Source of the DNA: an uncultured Gammaproteobacteria bacterium
Lineage (GTDB): Bacteria > Patescibacteriota > Microgenomatia > UBA8517
Direction of reading: 5' to 3'
Assembly (NCBI GenBank): GCA_964583105.1
Contig: CAZOUV010000003.1
Span: forward strand, 14,946-78,945
DNA: 64,000 bases
A program made the position numbers and the translations under genes. Positions 18,941-27,986 of this stretch are shown one piece after another; the stretch's first letter is position 1, and each line of letters starts with the position of its first letter. The notes under the pieces were generated by a model. It ran no database searches. It was not told where the DNA came from and saw only the letters and a list, made by a program, of their open reading frames with translations.

Positions 18941-19333
18941 GTGATTAATACAGTTTTTCTAACCTTCGAACAAATTTTGGCAATTCATGATAGTCAGATC
19001 GAAATGTATGGTGGCAGTCATGGTATAAGAGAACTTTCCCTTCTTGAATCAGCAGTTATGCGTCCCCAAACAACTTTTGCGGGACGAGATCTTTATTCTT
19101 CCTTATTTGAAAAAACGGCCGTTTTGACATACTCATTGATTATAAATCATCCCTTTGTTGACGGAAACAAAAGAACGGGGATAGTTGCTGCACTTATATT
19201 TACTGAGATCAATGGTTTCAAAATAGTCTGCAGTGACAAAGAATTGTTATCATTATCTTTACGCGTAGTATCAAAAAAGATTAATTTACAGAATTTGGCG
19301 GATTGGTTTAAAAAACATTCAAAAAAAATCTAA
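18941..19333 (+). CDS. doc: Doc (death-on-curing) Fic-fold toxin
   Basis: HPFVDGNKRTG is the Doc variant of the Fic motif HxFx(D/E)GN(G/K)R; 130 aa. Confidence 0.8.
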   Translation: MINTVFLTFEQILAIHDSQIEMYGGSHGIRELSLLESAVMRPQTTFAGRDLYSSLFEKTAVLTYSLIINHPFVDGNKRTGIVAALIFTEINGFKIVCSDKELLSLSLRVVSKKINLQNLADWFKKHSKKI

Positions 19334-19983
19334 TCAGTTGTGGGTGTTGCTACATCTTTTGTTTCTACAAAATTAAAAGTCGAAAGGATTTGATCAAAAA
19401 TTTGCAGTTCTGAAGATTCAGTCACTGTTGTTTCCATTTTGATTGCAGCTTCGTTATATTTAAAAAGTGCAGTTGTAACTTGCTGTCCTTGACCATATCC
19501 CGGCCCCAGTTCTCCCGATATTTTAATTCCGTTTTCAAATTCTTCCTTTTTAACTTTTATGAGATTTTCTTCTGTTATTTCAATAGCTTGATCATAATTT
19601 TTGTAGCTTCCTGCAAGCCTCGCGTCTATTGAGACAAAAACACTTGAAGGGTTTTCAAAATCCGTCAGTAAAACAAAATAATCTTTTTCTCTTTCATCTA
19701 AAAAAAGGTTTGGAGGATAACTGAAACTGAATAGTTTTGAGTTAGATATCTTCCAGTCAGAAATTGGGTTTGTGGATGGGGAAGGAATTGGGGTTAATTG
19801 TGTTTGGTTTTGCGAAATTTGTTTGGAAAGTTTCTGAATCTGGACGTAAAAAAGACTGGCAATGGCAACCGAAACCATAAGAAGGATGGACATAATAATT
19901 ATCAAAGAACCTTTAGAATATCTGTTTGACGTAGTAATAGACGCAATTTTTATTTTCGATTGCTCTCCGATTTGAGATTCCAT
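19330..19983 (-). CDS. secreted protein with C-terminal FDQILSTF domain (paralog of 10708-11985 C-terminus)
   Basis: Signal-anchor. C-terminal ELQIFDQILSTFNFVETKDV compares with DIFDQILSTFKFSIQTEDV in the other protein. Confidence 0.4.
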   Translation of the reverse strand: MESQIGEQSKIKIASITTSNRYSKGSLIIIMSILLMVSVAIASLFYVQIQKLSKQISQNQTQLTPIPSPSTNPISDWKISNSKLFSFSYPPNLFLDEREKDYFVLLTDFENPSSVFVSIDARLAGSYKNYDQAIEITEENLIKVKKEEFENGIKISGELGPGYGQGQQVTTALFKYNEAAIKMETTVTESSELQIFDQILSTFNFVETKDVATPTTD

Positions 19984-20013
19984 AAGCCTATTGTATCATG
20001 ATAGAATTTATGT

Positions 20014-20985
20014 ATGAAAGAAACTGCCCAAAATTTAGCGACTTCACCAAAGGGTATTTTGGCTGCCGATGAGAGCACCAAAACAATAACAAAAAGATTC
20101 GAATCAATAGGTTTAATTTCAAACCCCGATCTTAATAAAAAATACAGAGAAATGCTTTTTACTACTCCCAAGATAGAGCAATTTATAAGTGGAGTAATTT
20201 TATATGATGAGACAATAAAACAAGGACTTGGAAAGATATTACAAAATAAAGGAATTGTTGTGGGAATTAAAGTTGACGAGGGTTTGGAACCTTTTAATGA
20301 AAGTGAAGAACAAACAACAAAAGGCTTAACGGGTTTAGAAGAAAGACTAGAAAAGTATTTGGGTATGGGAGCAAAATTTACCAAATGGAGGGGAGTATTT
20401 AAGATTTCAGATATTTATCCTTCTGATATCTTTTTAGAAGAAAATCTTAAAAGAATGGTTGAATATGCAAAAGTTTCTCAATCTGCGGGTCTTGTTCCAA
20501 TAGTTGAACCAGAAATACTTCTTGATGGAAACCACACAACAACAAGATGTGAGGAAATTGAAACAAAGGTGTTAAAACTTCTCTTTAATAGACTAATTTC
20601 CGAAAAAGTTGATTTAACCTCACTTTTGTTAAAAACAAGCATGATACTTCCCGGAAAAAATAGTGGTGTTAAGGCCGAACCTCTTGAAGTTGCCAAAGCT
20701 ACAGTAAGGACTCTTAAAAACTCTGTTCCCTCCGAAATTGCGGGAATTGTTTTTCTTTCCGGTGGACAATCTCCAGATGATGCAACTAATAATTTAAATG
20801 AAATTGAAAATAATTTGGACGGAATTACTTTCCCTGCTTCTTTCTCTTTTGCTAGAGCTCTTCAGGAAGAAGCATTAAATATTTGGAAGGGTAAAGATGA
20901 AAATATTAAAGAAGCACAGCAAGTATTTTACGATAGGGCAAGACTTGTTTCTCTTGCCAGGGAAGGAAAATTAAAAAATGGATGA
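20014..20985 (+). CDS. fructose-bisphosphate aldolase, class I
   Basis: GILAADES substrate-binding motif and overall class I (Schiff-base) aldolase layout; 323 aa. Confidence 0.8.
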   Translation: MKETAQNLATSPKGILAADESTKTITKRFESIGLISNPDLNKKYREMLFTTPKIEQFISGVILYDETIKQGLGKILQNKGIVVGIKVDEGLEPFNESEEQTTKGLTGLEERLEKYLGMGAKFTKWRGVFKISDIYPSDIFLEENLKRMVEYAKVSQSAGLVPIVEPEILLDGNHTTTRCEEIETKVLKLLFNRLISEKVDLTSLLLKTSMILPGKNSGVKAEPLEVAKATVRTLKNSVPSEIAGIVFLSGGQSPDDATNNLNEIENNLDGITFPASFSFARALQEEALNIWKGKDENIKEAQQVFYDRARLVSLAREGKLKNG

Positions 20986-21979
20986 AAATATAAATACATT
21001 TGATTTGCTAACTATTGGGGATGCAACCGTAGATGTATTTATGACTCCCTTAGAGACGGAAACGGTTTGTACGCTTGATAAAAAGGAATGTAAAATTTGT
21101 TTTTCCTACGGAGATAAAATTCCGGTAAGGGATTTGGAATTTACAATAGGGGGAAATGCCGCCAATAATGCGGTAGGAACATCAAGATTAGGACTTAAAG
21201 ACGCAATCGTTTTGACTTTGGGTGGAGATACTGTGGGAGATCTGATAATCGAAAGACTTATCAAAGAAAAAGTTGATACAGCATATGTTTCCAGACAACT
21301 CGCAACATCATCAAATTATTCAACAATTGTTAATTATTCCGGAGAAAGAACAATTTTTACATACCATGCCCCTAGAAGTTATGAGTTTCCCGTTTCTCTT
21401 CCCAAAACCCCATGGATATATTTAACCAGTATGGGTGAGACCTTTAAGCCTTTTTACAATCATTTTTTGGACTGGTTCAGGAAAAACCCCGGTATAAAAC
21501 TGGCTTTCAATCCTGGTACCTGGCAGATGAAAGGTGGTCTTGAGAGCATAAAAGACGTTCTTTCATTAAGTTATATTTTATATGTCAATAGAGAAGAAGC
21601 CGAAAAGTTAACTAATTTTCCAGATTCTCACGGAAAGGAAAGAGAGCTATTAACCATGGTCTCAAAACTCGGACCTAAAATATCGATTGTAACCGACGGA
21701 CCCGAAGGATCCTTGGCATATGATGGACAAAAGTTTATCAAATGCGGAATATATCCACAGGAAGTAACCGAAAGAACCGGAGCTGGAGACTCTTTTGGAA
21801 GCGGAATGGTTGCAGCACTTATTAAAGGAAAAACTCTAGATGAGGCACTTATTTGGGGAACAATAAATTCAGCGTCCGTCGTTTCTTTTGTCGGGGCACA
21901 AAAAGGACTTTTGAAAGAAACTGAAATGCGGGAGTGGCTTGAAAGAGGTAAAGATCAGGTTAAAGTTTCAGAATTTTAA
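20978..21979 (+). CDS. PfkB-family carbohydrate kinase (ribokinase/phosphofructokinase-like)
   Basis: GAGDSFGSGMVAAL anion-hole motif and N-terminal GG dipeptide region. It sits between the aldolase and a dehydrogenase. Confidence 0.7.
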   Translation: MDENINTFDLLTIGDATVDVFMTPLETETVCTLDKKECKICFSYGDKIPVRDLEFTIGGNAANNAVGTSRLGLKDAIVLTLGGDTVGDLIIERLIKEKVDTAYVSRQLATSSNYSTIVNYSGERTIFTYHAPRSYEFPVSLPKTPWIYLTSMGETFKPFYNHFLDWFRKNPGIKLAFNPGTWQMKGGLESIKDVLSLSYILYVNREEAEKLTNFPDSHGKERELLTMVSKLGPKISIVTDGPEGSLAYDGQKFIKCGIYPQEVTERTGAGDSFGSGMVAALIKGKTLDEALIWGTINSASVVSFVGAQKGLLKETEMREWLERGKDQVKVSEF

Positions 21980-21983
21980 CATT

Positions 21984-22970
21984 ATGAAAGTATTTGTAAC
22001 CAGAAAAATTCCAGGGGATCATTTAGACAAATTTATTGCTGCGGGGTATGACTGCGATATTTCAATATTTGCCAGACCACTTCTACCTGAAGAATTGATA
22101 CAAAAAGTAAAAGGAGTTGATGCAATAATTTCTCTCCTTAATGACAAAATTGATGGAGAAATTATGGATATTGCAGGATCAAATTTAAAAATTATTTCCA
22201 ACTATGCGGTGGGGTTTGATAATATCGAAGTTAGAGAAGCAACCGATCGAGGCATTGTTGTCACCAATACTTCCAATACTCAGGTTGATGAATCCGTGGC
22301 GGAACATACGTGGGCTTTAATATTATGCCTTGCAAGAAGAATAATTGAGGCAGATGAAGCTACCCGCAGGGGAACTTTTAAGGGTTGGGAACCGGATATT
22401 TTTTTGGGGGTAAACTTGGTGGGTAAAACTCTCGGAATAATAGGTTTGGGGAAGATCGGATCTTTTGTTGCTAAAAGGGCCAGGGGGTATGGCATGAATG
22501 TTTTATATAACAAACACAGTCCCGATATGGAAGCCGAGAAAGAACTTGGTATTAAATTTGCTTCTCTTGATGAATTATTAAGTAGCAGCGATTTCGTAAC
22601 CCTCCACGTTCCTTTAACGGAAGAGACGAGACATATGATTAATACGGCGACAATTTCCAAAATGAAAAAAGGATCCTACCTTATTAATACCGCAAGAGGC
22701 GCAATTGTTGAAGAAAGAGCCTTAGTTGACCTTCTAAGAAGCGGACACTTAGGGGGAGCGGCACTTGACGTCTTTGAAAATGAACCCGATATTCATCCGG
22801 AACTAATTAATATGCAAAATGTAATTACCACCCCCCATATAGCATCCGCAACCTATGAGGCTAGAGACATGATGAGTAAGCAAGCAGTGGAAGCTATTTT
22901 AGACTCTCTTTCCGGCAAAAAACCTCAAAATATAATTAATCCCGAGGTTTGGGAGAAAAGAAGAACATGA
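21984..22970 (+). CDS. D-isomer-specific 2-hydroxyacid dehydrogenase (glycerate/phosphoglycerate DH-like)
   Basis: GIIGLGKIGSFVAKRA NAD-binding motif and the catalytic R...E...H pattern. The start was moved to MKVFVT. Confidence 0.8.
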   Translation: MKVFVTRKIPGDHLDKFIAAGYDCDISIFARPLLPEELIQKVKGVDAIISLLNDKIDGEIMDIAGSNLKIISNYAVGFDNIEVREATDRGIVVTNTSNTQVDESVAEHTWALILCLARRIIEADEATRRGTFKGWEPDIFLGVNLVGKTLGIIGLGKIGSFVAKRARGYGMNVLYNKHSPDMEAEKELGIKFASLDELLSSSDFVTLHVPLTEETRHMINTATISKMKKGSYLINTARGAIVEERALVDLLRSGHLGGAALDVFENEPDIHPELINMQNVITTPHIASATYEARDMMSKQAVEAILDSLSGKKPQNIINPEVWEKRRT

Positions 22971-23899
22971 GAATATTTGGCAGAAAAAAAGAGGAAGAAG
23001 AACCCGTCTCCAATAAAGACACGAAATCTAAACTTAAAGATTTGAAGCCGGAAAACAAAAAAAAGAGAAAAGAACCTGAAAAACCCTGGGGAAAAAAGGA
23101 AAGATTACTTATTCTTTTTCTGCTTCTAATTTCAGTTTTAATTTCCATTCTTTTTTCTTTCTCATCCGGAAATTTTAAAATTCCAAAATTCCCGGATTTT
23201 AGTTTGGATAATATTTTTAAAGGAGAAACCGTAGTTATCGGAAACAAAGAGGCGGCCGAAAGGATATTAAGTGAAAACAAGGCAAATGAAATAATTAAGG
23301 AATTTGAAGATCTGACAGATGACCTAGAAGGAATATATGCTTTTGAAGTGATCGATCTATCAAGTGGATTCAAATTTGGAATAAATCAAAACGAAATAAT
23401 GCAGGCAGCTTCTTTAATAAAACTTCCACTAATGCTTTATTCTCAAGGAAAAATTGATAATTCCAAGATAGAGCTGATGGGTAAAAGAAGTGATAACACT
23501 GTTTTTAATGAGCTTGTAACCAAGTTTGGTAAAACTGTGATTCAGGATTACATTGCTAGCTTGGATATGAAAGAAACATCCTTGGAAGAAAACACAACAA
23601 CAGCCAACGAGATAGCAGATTTGTTTCTAAAAATTTACAAAGAAGATAATCAAAAAATTCTGGATTATCTTACTGATACAATTTTCGAAAAATGGATCAG
23701 AGCAGGAATCCCCCAAGATATTAAAGTTTCCCATAAATACGGTAGGGAAACGGGGGTTGTAAACGATGCGGGAATTGTCTATTCCCAAAAACCTTTTGTT
23801 TTGGTTATTTTGAGTCAGAATGCTGATGTTATCGAGGCAGATAAAATTATACCCGAGCTTACGGAAATGATATACTTAAAACATGAGGATCTTTTTTAA
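22967..23899 (+). CDS. class A beta-lactamase-like serine hydrolase with N-terminal Lys-rich tail and TM anchor
   Basis: SxxK (ASLIK), SDN (RSDNTV) and a degenerate KTG-like (HKYG) triad. The Lys/Glu-rich N-terminus is followed by a TM helix. Confidence 0.45.
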   Translation: MRIFGRKKEEEEPVSNKDTKSKLKDLKPENKKKRKEPEKPWGKKERLLILFLLLISVLISILFSFSSGNFKIPKFPDFSLDNIFKGETVVIGNKEAAERILSENKANEIIKEFEDLTDDLEGIYAFEVIDLSSGFKFGINQNEIMQAASLIKLPLMLYSQGKIDNSKIELMGKRSDNTVFNELVTKFGKTVIQDYIASLDMKETSLEENTTTANEIADLFLKIYKEDNQKILDYLTDTIFEKWIRAGIPQDIKVSHKYGRETGVVNDAGIVYSQKPFVLVILSQNADVIEADKIIPELTEMIYLKHEDLF

Positions 23900-24791
23900 G
23901 GCAATTTTAAGAAAACCAAAAACATTTGCAAGAACTTATTGGAAAAGCTTAACCAATCCTTCTTACTACAAAGACATTAAAGAAGCAAAGCTTTCTTTTT
24001 CAATAAAATATCTCTTTTTCCTATTTTTAATCGTCTCGTTTATTGTCGGACTTGGAATATCGTTAAGAATATTAGGTTTTATTTCCCAATCTCCGAAATT
24101 TGTTGGAGACACGAAAAATTTTGTTATTGAAACATATCCGGATGAACTCAAATTAACCCTGAAAGAAAATAAGATTACAACCAATGTTAAAGAACCTTAT
24201 TTTATAGACTTGAAGGAAGATAAAAAAACTTCAATTCAACCATTTGATCATCTAATAACTATTAATACCAAAGGTAAAGCGGAAGATATAAAAGAATATG
24301 ATTCTTTGTTTCTTATAACTGCAGATAATTTAATTGTCTCTGAAGGAAGTCCAAGCGCAAGTTATAGGGTTGTCCCGCTTAATGAAGCTCTCTCAAAAAT
24401 TCCCAATGGTATAAGTATGGATAAAACTCTTTTTACATCGGTTTTAGAAAGTTTTACCCCCTACCTTATAAAGTTTTTACCCAGAATAATCGTTGCAATA
24501 TCACTGCTAGTTCTTATCCTCTATCCTTTTTTGAGAGGAACTTTCGGTTTTATCTTTCAGGTTATTTTCCTCCTTCCAATATCGCTGCTTTTGTTTATTC
24601 TGGTTAAGATATTAAAGAAAAATCTTTCCTTTGCTAAAACCTATCAGATGTCCCTGCATGGGGCTACAATTCCGGTTACTTTATCTTTCATTTTTACTTT
24701 TCCTTCGCTTTATCCGCTTATAACAATTGTTTCCTGGTTGGTATTTTTTGTCTTTATGTTTTTGGTTATATCCAAACTCGACAAATCTTAA
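23883..24791 (+). CDS. hypothetical polytopic membrane protein
   Basis: 302 aa with several TM helices; it lies between the beta-lactamase-like gene and PBP1A. Confidence 0.35.
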   Translation: MRIFFKAILRKPKTFARTYWKSLTNPSYYKDIKEAKLSFSIKYLFFLFLIVSFIVGLGISLRILGFISQSPKFVGDTKNFVIETYPDELKLTLKENKITTNVKEPYFIDLKEDKKTSIQPFDHLITINTKGKAEDIKEYDSLFLITADNLIVSEGSPSASYRVVPLNEALSKIPNGISMDKTLFTSVLESFTPYLIKFLPRIIVAISLLVLILYPFLRGTFGFIFQVIFLLPISLLLFILVKILKKNLSFAKTYQMSLHGATIPVTLSFIFTFPSLYPLITIVSWLVFFVFMFLVISKLDKS

Positions 24792-24795
24792 AAGT

Positions 24796-27144
24796 TTAAG
24801 GGAGATTTACTTCAATCATTGCTCCAGTATCAAGTATTTGGGATTGACCATCTGGATGTGGAGTTGGGGAAGGAATCGGCAAACATGCAGGAACATTTTC
24901 TTTTAAGAAGTATTCGGTTTTTCCATAGCAATTTTTAACAACAAGTCCGTTAGGAATTTCCCAATTTTGGCTTGGAGTATTTCCGAGAAGATTGGTCATT
25001 ATTTTGTTCCAAATAGGGGAAGCTCCGGTTACCCCGGAGGCAATCCTGGACATTGGAGACGAGTCGTTATTTCCAACCCAGACCGCAACCAAATAATTCT
25101 GATTGAAGCCGATTGTAAGATTGTCTTTAAGATCATTACTGGTTCCGGTTTTTACGGCAACTTCAGGATGATTTGTTATAACCAAATAAGATCTGGTTCC
25201 AAATTCGGGAGATCTTGCATTATTGTCTTTAAGGATGTCTATCAGCTGATATGCAACCTCTGGGTTTATGACTTCCTCAAAATCATGATTTTTGTTTTTT
25301 TCTAATATTTTCCCTCTGTAATTTTTAATTTCGGAAATTGCAGACAGCTCCGGTTTCTTACCCATATTGGCAAGAGTTGCAAAGGTTTGGGCAAGTTCGA
25401 TAAGTTTGACATCTCCACCTCCAAGCGTAAGAGAAAGGCCATATTTCGATGGATCCTGCCATGAAGTAATTCCCATCAGCCTTCCCTGTTCAAGCATTTT
25501 AGTAACACCGTAGGAGGCCAAAACTTTAACTGCAGGAACATTTCGCGATTGGGCCAAAGCGTTTCTTAAGGTTATTTTTCCATGGTACTCTCCGTCATAA
25601 TTTTTAGGTATGTAGGCGGGAAGCCCTGCTACTTTAAATACCGTAGGTGAGTCGTCAAGAATTGATGCCGGGGTAAATCCATGCGATAGAGCGTAGGAAT
25701 AATTTACAATTTTTATGGATGATCCGGGTTGTCTTAACCTTAAAGTTACATTTACATTTCCTCCTTGACTGTCGAAATAATCTTTGGACCCGACCATTCC
25801 CAGAATCTCTCCTGTTTGAGGGTTAATTATTAATGCCGCACCATTTCCTACTTTAAGGTTTTTGAGCCTATCTACTTCTTCCTTGACTATTTGCTGAGCC
25901 ATTTCCTGAATTTCATAGTCGAGGGTAGTTGTTACTTCCAAGCCCCCCTTTTCAACTAGATCCTCACCATATTTATCTACCAGAATTTGTCTGACGAACA
26001 TAACGAAATGTGGAGCTTTAATGTTTTTATTTCCGGGAACAATTTTAATTTCCTCGTTTTTTGCTTCTTCTTCCTGCTCAACTGTTATAAATTTATTTAT
26101 TCTCATAAGATTTAAGACATCATCCCTTCTTTGGATCGCAAGTTCAGGACTACCCCCAAAAGGAGAATATTTGGAAGGACTTTTGGTAAGTCCGGCAAGA
26201 TATGCGGCTTCAGATAAAGTTAAATTATGAAGATTTTTGTTAAAATACTCTTCTGCTCCTTCCTTGATGCCATATGCGGTTCCTCCGTAGGAAACTTCAT
26301 TTAGATACATTTCAAGAATCTGATCTTTTGTATACATTCGTTCAGTTTGCATAGCAAGAATAATTTCTTTTACTTTTCTTATTATGGTTTTTTCGGAAGA
26401 TAATAGTGCGTTTTTAACAAGCTGTTGGGTTATGGTAGAGCCACCCGATAATTCATCGGTTTTAATATTCCTGACAACTGCCCTGACAATGCCTCTAATG
26501 GAATAGCCTGAATGTGAATAAAATTCCGCATCTTCGGCAGCCAGGGTTGCAAGTCTGACATGAAGTGGGATTTCGTTTAAAGTTGCGGGAGTTCTATTTT
26601 GGTCCTTAAATATTTTATATAAAAGTACTCCATTTCTATCGTAAATTTTTGTAGATACCTCCAGTGGTCTTGAAACAAGATTCTTGGGGGAGGGAAGGCC
26701 CTTAAATATTGTTATGTAGAAAAAAAAGAAGATACAAATCAGGCAAAATAATCCAATTATTATTTTAGGTTTAAGTTTTAAGGTAGGAAATTTGATTCTA
26801 AAAGAGGGTAATTTAAATTTTGGAAATTTGAATTTGGGCAATCTAATTTTTGGAAATTTGATTTTACCTTTGGGAGCTTTGTAAACAACCTTTTTAAATT
26901 TTCGAAGTTTGAATTTGGGAAAGGTTATTTTTTTAATTTTTATTTTAAATTTTGAAAGACTAAAAAGTATATTTACAACAAAAGAAAAAAGACCCAAAAC
27001 AGAAATAGCCACAAAAGAAAGACTCCAATATAACGGGCGGCCAATTAAAAAAAGCACTTTTTTTACTGCCTTGAGCATGTGGCGGTATTGTAGCACTTTA
27101 CGGCTAATAAAAAAGAAATTAATCAAGTGAATCTTGACATGCAA
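24796..27144 (-). CDS. PBP1A-family bifunctional peptidoglycan glycosyltransferase/transpeptidase
   Basis: GT51 motifs (EDAEFYSHSGYS, GGSTITQQLVKN), transpeptidase SxxK/SxN/KTG pattern (KTGTSND). The N-terminus has KFP(K/L) repeats. Confidence 0.85.
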   Translation of the reverse strand: MHVKIHLINFFFISRKVLQYRHMLKAVKKVLFLIGRPLYWSLSFVAISVLGLFSFVVNILFSLSKFKIKIKKITFPKFKLRKFKKVVYKAPKGKIKFPKIRLPKFKFPKFKLPSFRIKFPTLKLKPKIIIGLFCLICIFFFFYITIFKGLPSPKNLVSRPLEVSTKIYDRNGVLLYKIFKDQNRTPATLNEIPLHVRLATLAAEDAEFYSHSGYSIRGIVRAVVRNIKTDELSGGSTITQQLVKNALLSSEKTIIRKVKEIILAMQTERMYTKDQILEMYLNEVSYGGTAYGIKEGAEEYFNKNLHNLTLSEAAYLAGLTKSPSKYSPFGGSPELAIQRRDDVLNLMRINKFITVEQEEEAKNEEIKIVPGNKNIKAPHFVMFVRQILVDKYGEDLVEKGGLEVTTTLDYEIQEMAQQIVKEEVDRLKNLKVGNGAALIINPQTGEILGMVGSKDYFDSQGGNVNVTLRLRQPGSSIKIVNYSYALSHGFTPASILDDSPTVFKVAGLPAYIPKNYDGEYHGKITLRNALAQSRNVPAVKVLASYGVTKMLEQGRLMGITSWQDPSKYGLSLTLGGGDVKLIELAQTFATLANMGKKPELSAISEIKNYRGKILEKNKNHDFEEVINPEVAYQLIDILKDNNARSPEFGTRSYLVITNHPEVAVKTGTSNDLKDNLTIGFNQNYLVAVWVGNNDSSPMSRIASGVTGASPIWNKIMTNLLGNTPSQNWEIPNGLVVKNCYGKTEYFLKENVPACLPIPSPTPHPDGQSQILDTGAMIEVNLP
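26760..26950 (-). repeat. imperfect tandem repeats (about 15 bp, AATTTGAATTTGGG-like) encoding KFKFPKFKLP repeats in the PBP1A N-terminus
   Basis: The repeating aatttg(g)a(a)tttggg units are visible directly in the sequence. The corresponding protein segment is ITFPKFKLRKFKK...KFPKIRLPKFKFPKFKLPSFRIKFPTLKLKPK. Confidence 0.6.
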
Positions 27145-27169
27145 ACGATGTACATATAAGATATGTACA
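27134..27169 (+). promoter_or_regulatory. promoter plus palindromic operator of brnTA (TTGACA; TGTACATAT-AAG-ATATGTACA)
   Basis: TTGACA at 27134-27139. A perfect 9-bp inverted repeat at 27149-27169 ends 1 bp before the ATG at 27170. Confidence 0.45.
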
Positions 27170-27475
27170 ATGAAGATCAGGGGTAAGATAGTTGGCTTTG
27201 AATGGGATAAGGGAAATTTAGATAAAAGTTACAAGAAACATGGAATTGAGCCAAAGCAGACAGAAGAAGTATTTATTGACAGCGAATCGATTGTTTTACC
27301 GGATGTTAGACACTCTCAAAAAGAGGATAGATTTATTATTATTGGCAGGACATTGGAAAAAAAACATCTTTTCATAATCTTTACGTTCAGGGGAAGCAAT
27401 GTCCGAGTAATTTCAGCAAGAAGAATGCACAAAAAGGAGGTGGAAAGATATGAAAAACTTAAAAAGAATACCTAA
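27170..27475 (+). CDS. brnT: BrnT-family (DUF497) ribonuclease toxin
   Basis: GFEWDKGN hallmark motif. The 12-aa N-terminal extension in the ORF track is encoded by the palindrome and is probably not translated. Confidence 0.7.
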   Translation: MKIRGKIVGFEWDKGNLDKSYKKHGIEPKQTEEVFIDSESIVLPDVRHSQKEDRFIIIGRTLEKKHLFIIFTFRGSNVRVISARRMHKKEVERYEKLKKNT

Positions 27476-27710
27476 ATTTAAAACCGAAGAGGAAGAAAGG
27501 AAATTCTGGCAAAAAGCCGACTCTACTGAATATGTAGATTGGTCAAAAGCGGAGAAATGGGTATTTCCTGACCTAAAACTAACATCCACACCGATAACCA
27601 TAAGAATTCCAGAATCTCTGCTTAGCAGAGTAAAAACTAAAGCCCACCAGAGAGATATTCCGTACCAATCTTTGATAAAACAATATATTTATAGGGGTTT
27701 GGAGGTTTAA
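27450..27710 (+). CDS. brnA: BrnA-family antitoxin (CopG/RHH-like)
   Basis: KTEEEERKFWQKADSTEYVDW resembles the BrnA EEAEFWDTHD motif. The C-terminal RHH-like region overlaps brnT by 26 nt. Confidence 0.6.
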   Translation: MKNLKRIPKFKTEEEERKFWQKADSTEYVDWSKAEKWVFPDLKLTSTPITIRIPESLLSRVKTKAHQRDIPYQSLIKQYIYRGLEV

Positions 27711-27946
27711 TTAATCTTTTCAAATTCGAGTTTTGAGATGCACTTGTCGTAGTCCGAGCTGGTCTGGGTTCCATTTCCTTTATTACAGCCTCTAGTTAAA
27801 ATTTCCTGTTTCGGTGCACATTCCCTGCTGTAGATTTCATTAACAACTGAGCCATTTTCCGAAATCTGTGTAACAGAAATCTTAATAATAGGAGGTTCGG
27901 CTAATCTTCCTGCTTTTCTGCAATTTGAACACTTTTTTTCTTGCAT
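27707..27946 (-). CDS. small Cys-containing protein, unknown
   Basis: 79 aa with CxxC at the N-terminus and further Cys residues, suggesting a possible zinc ribbon. Confidence 0.2.
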   Translation of the reverse strand: MQEKKCSNCRKAGRLAEPPIIKISVTQISENGSVVNEIYSRECAPKQEILTRGCNKGNGTQTSSDYDKCISKLEFEKIN

Positions 27947-27986
27947 ACCCCGTAGTCTAGGCAGTGTGTGTGTGTGAATGTCAAGA

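Noticed and set aside
27134-27169. N-terminal extension MTCKRCTYKICT of the BrnT ORF
   Set aside because: It is encoded by the TTGACA box and the perfect palindrome. The BrnT homology (FEWDKGN) begins right after the internal Met at 27170, so the extension is a promoter/operator, not coding.
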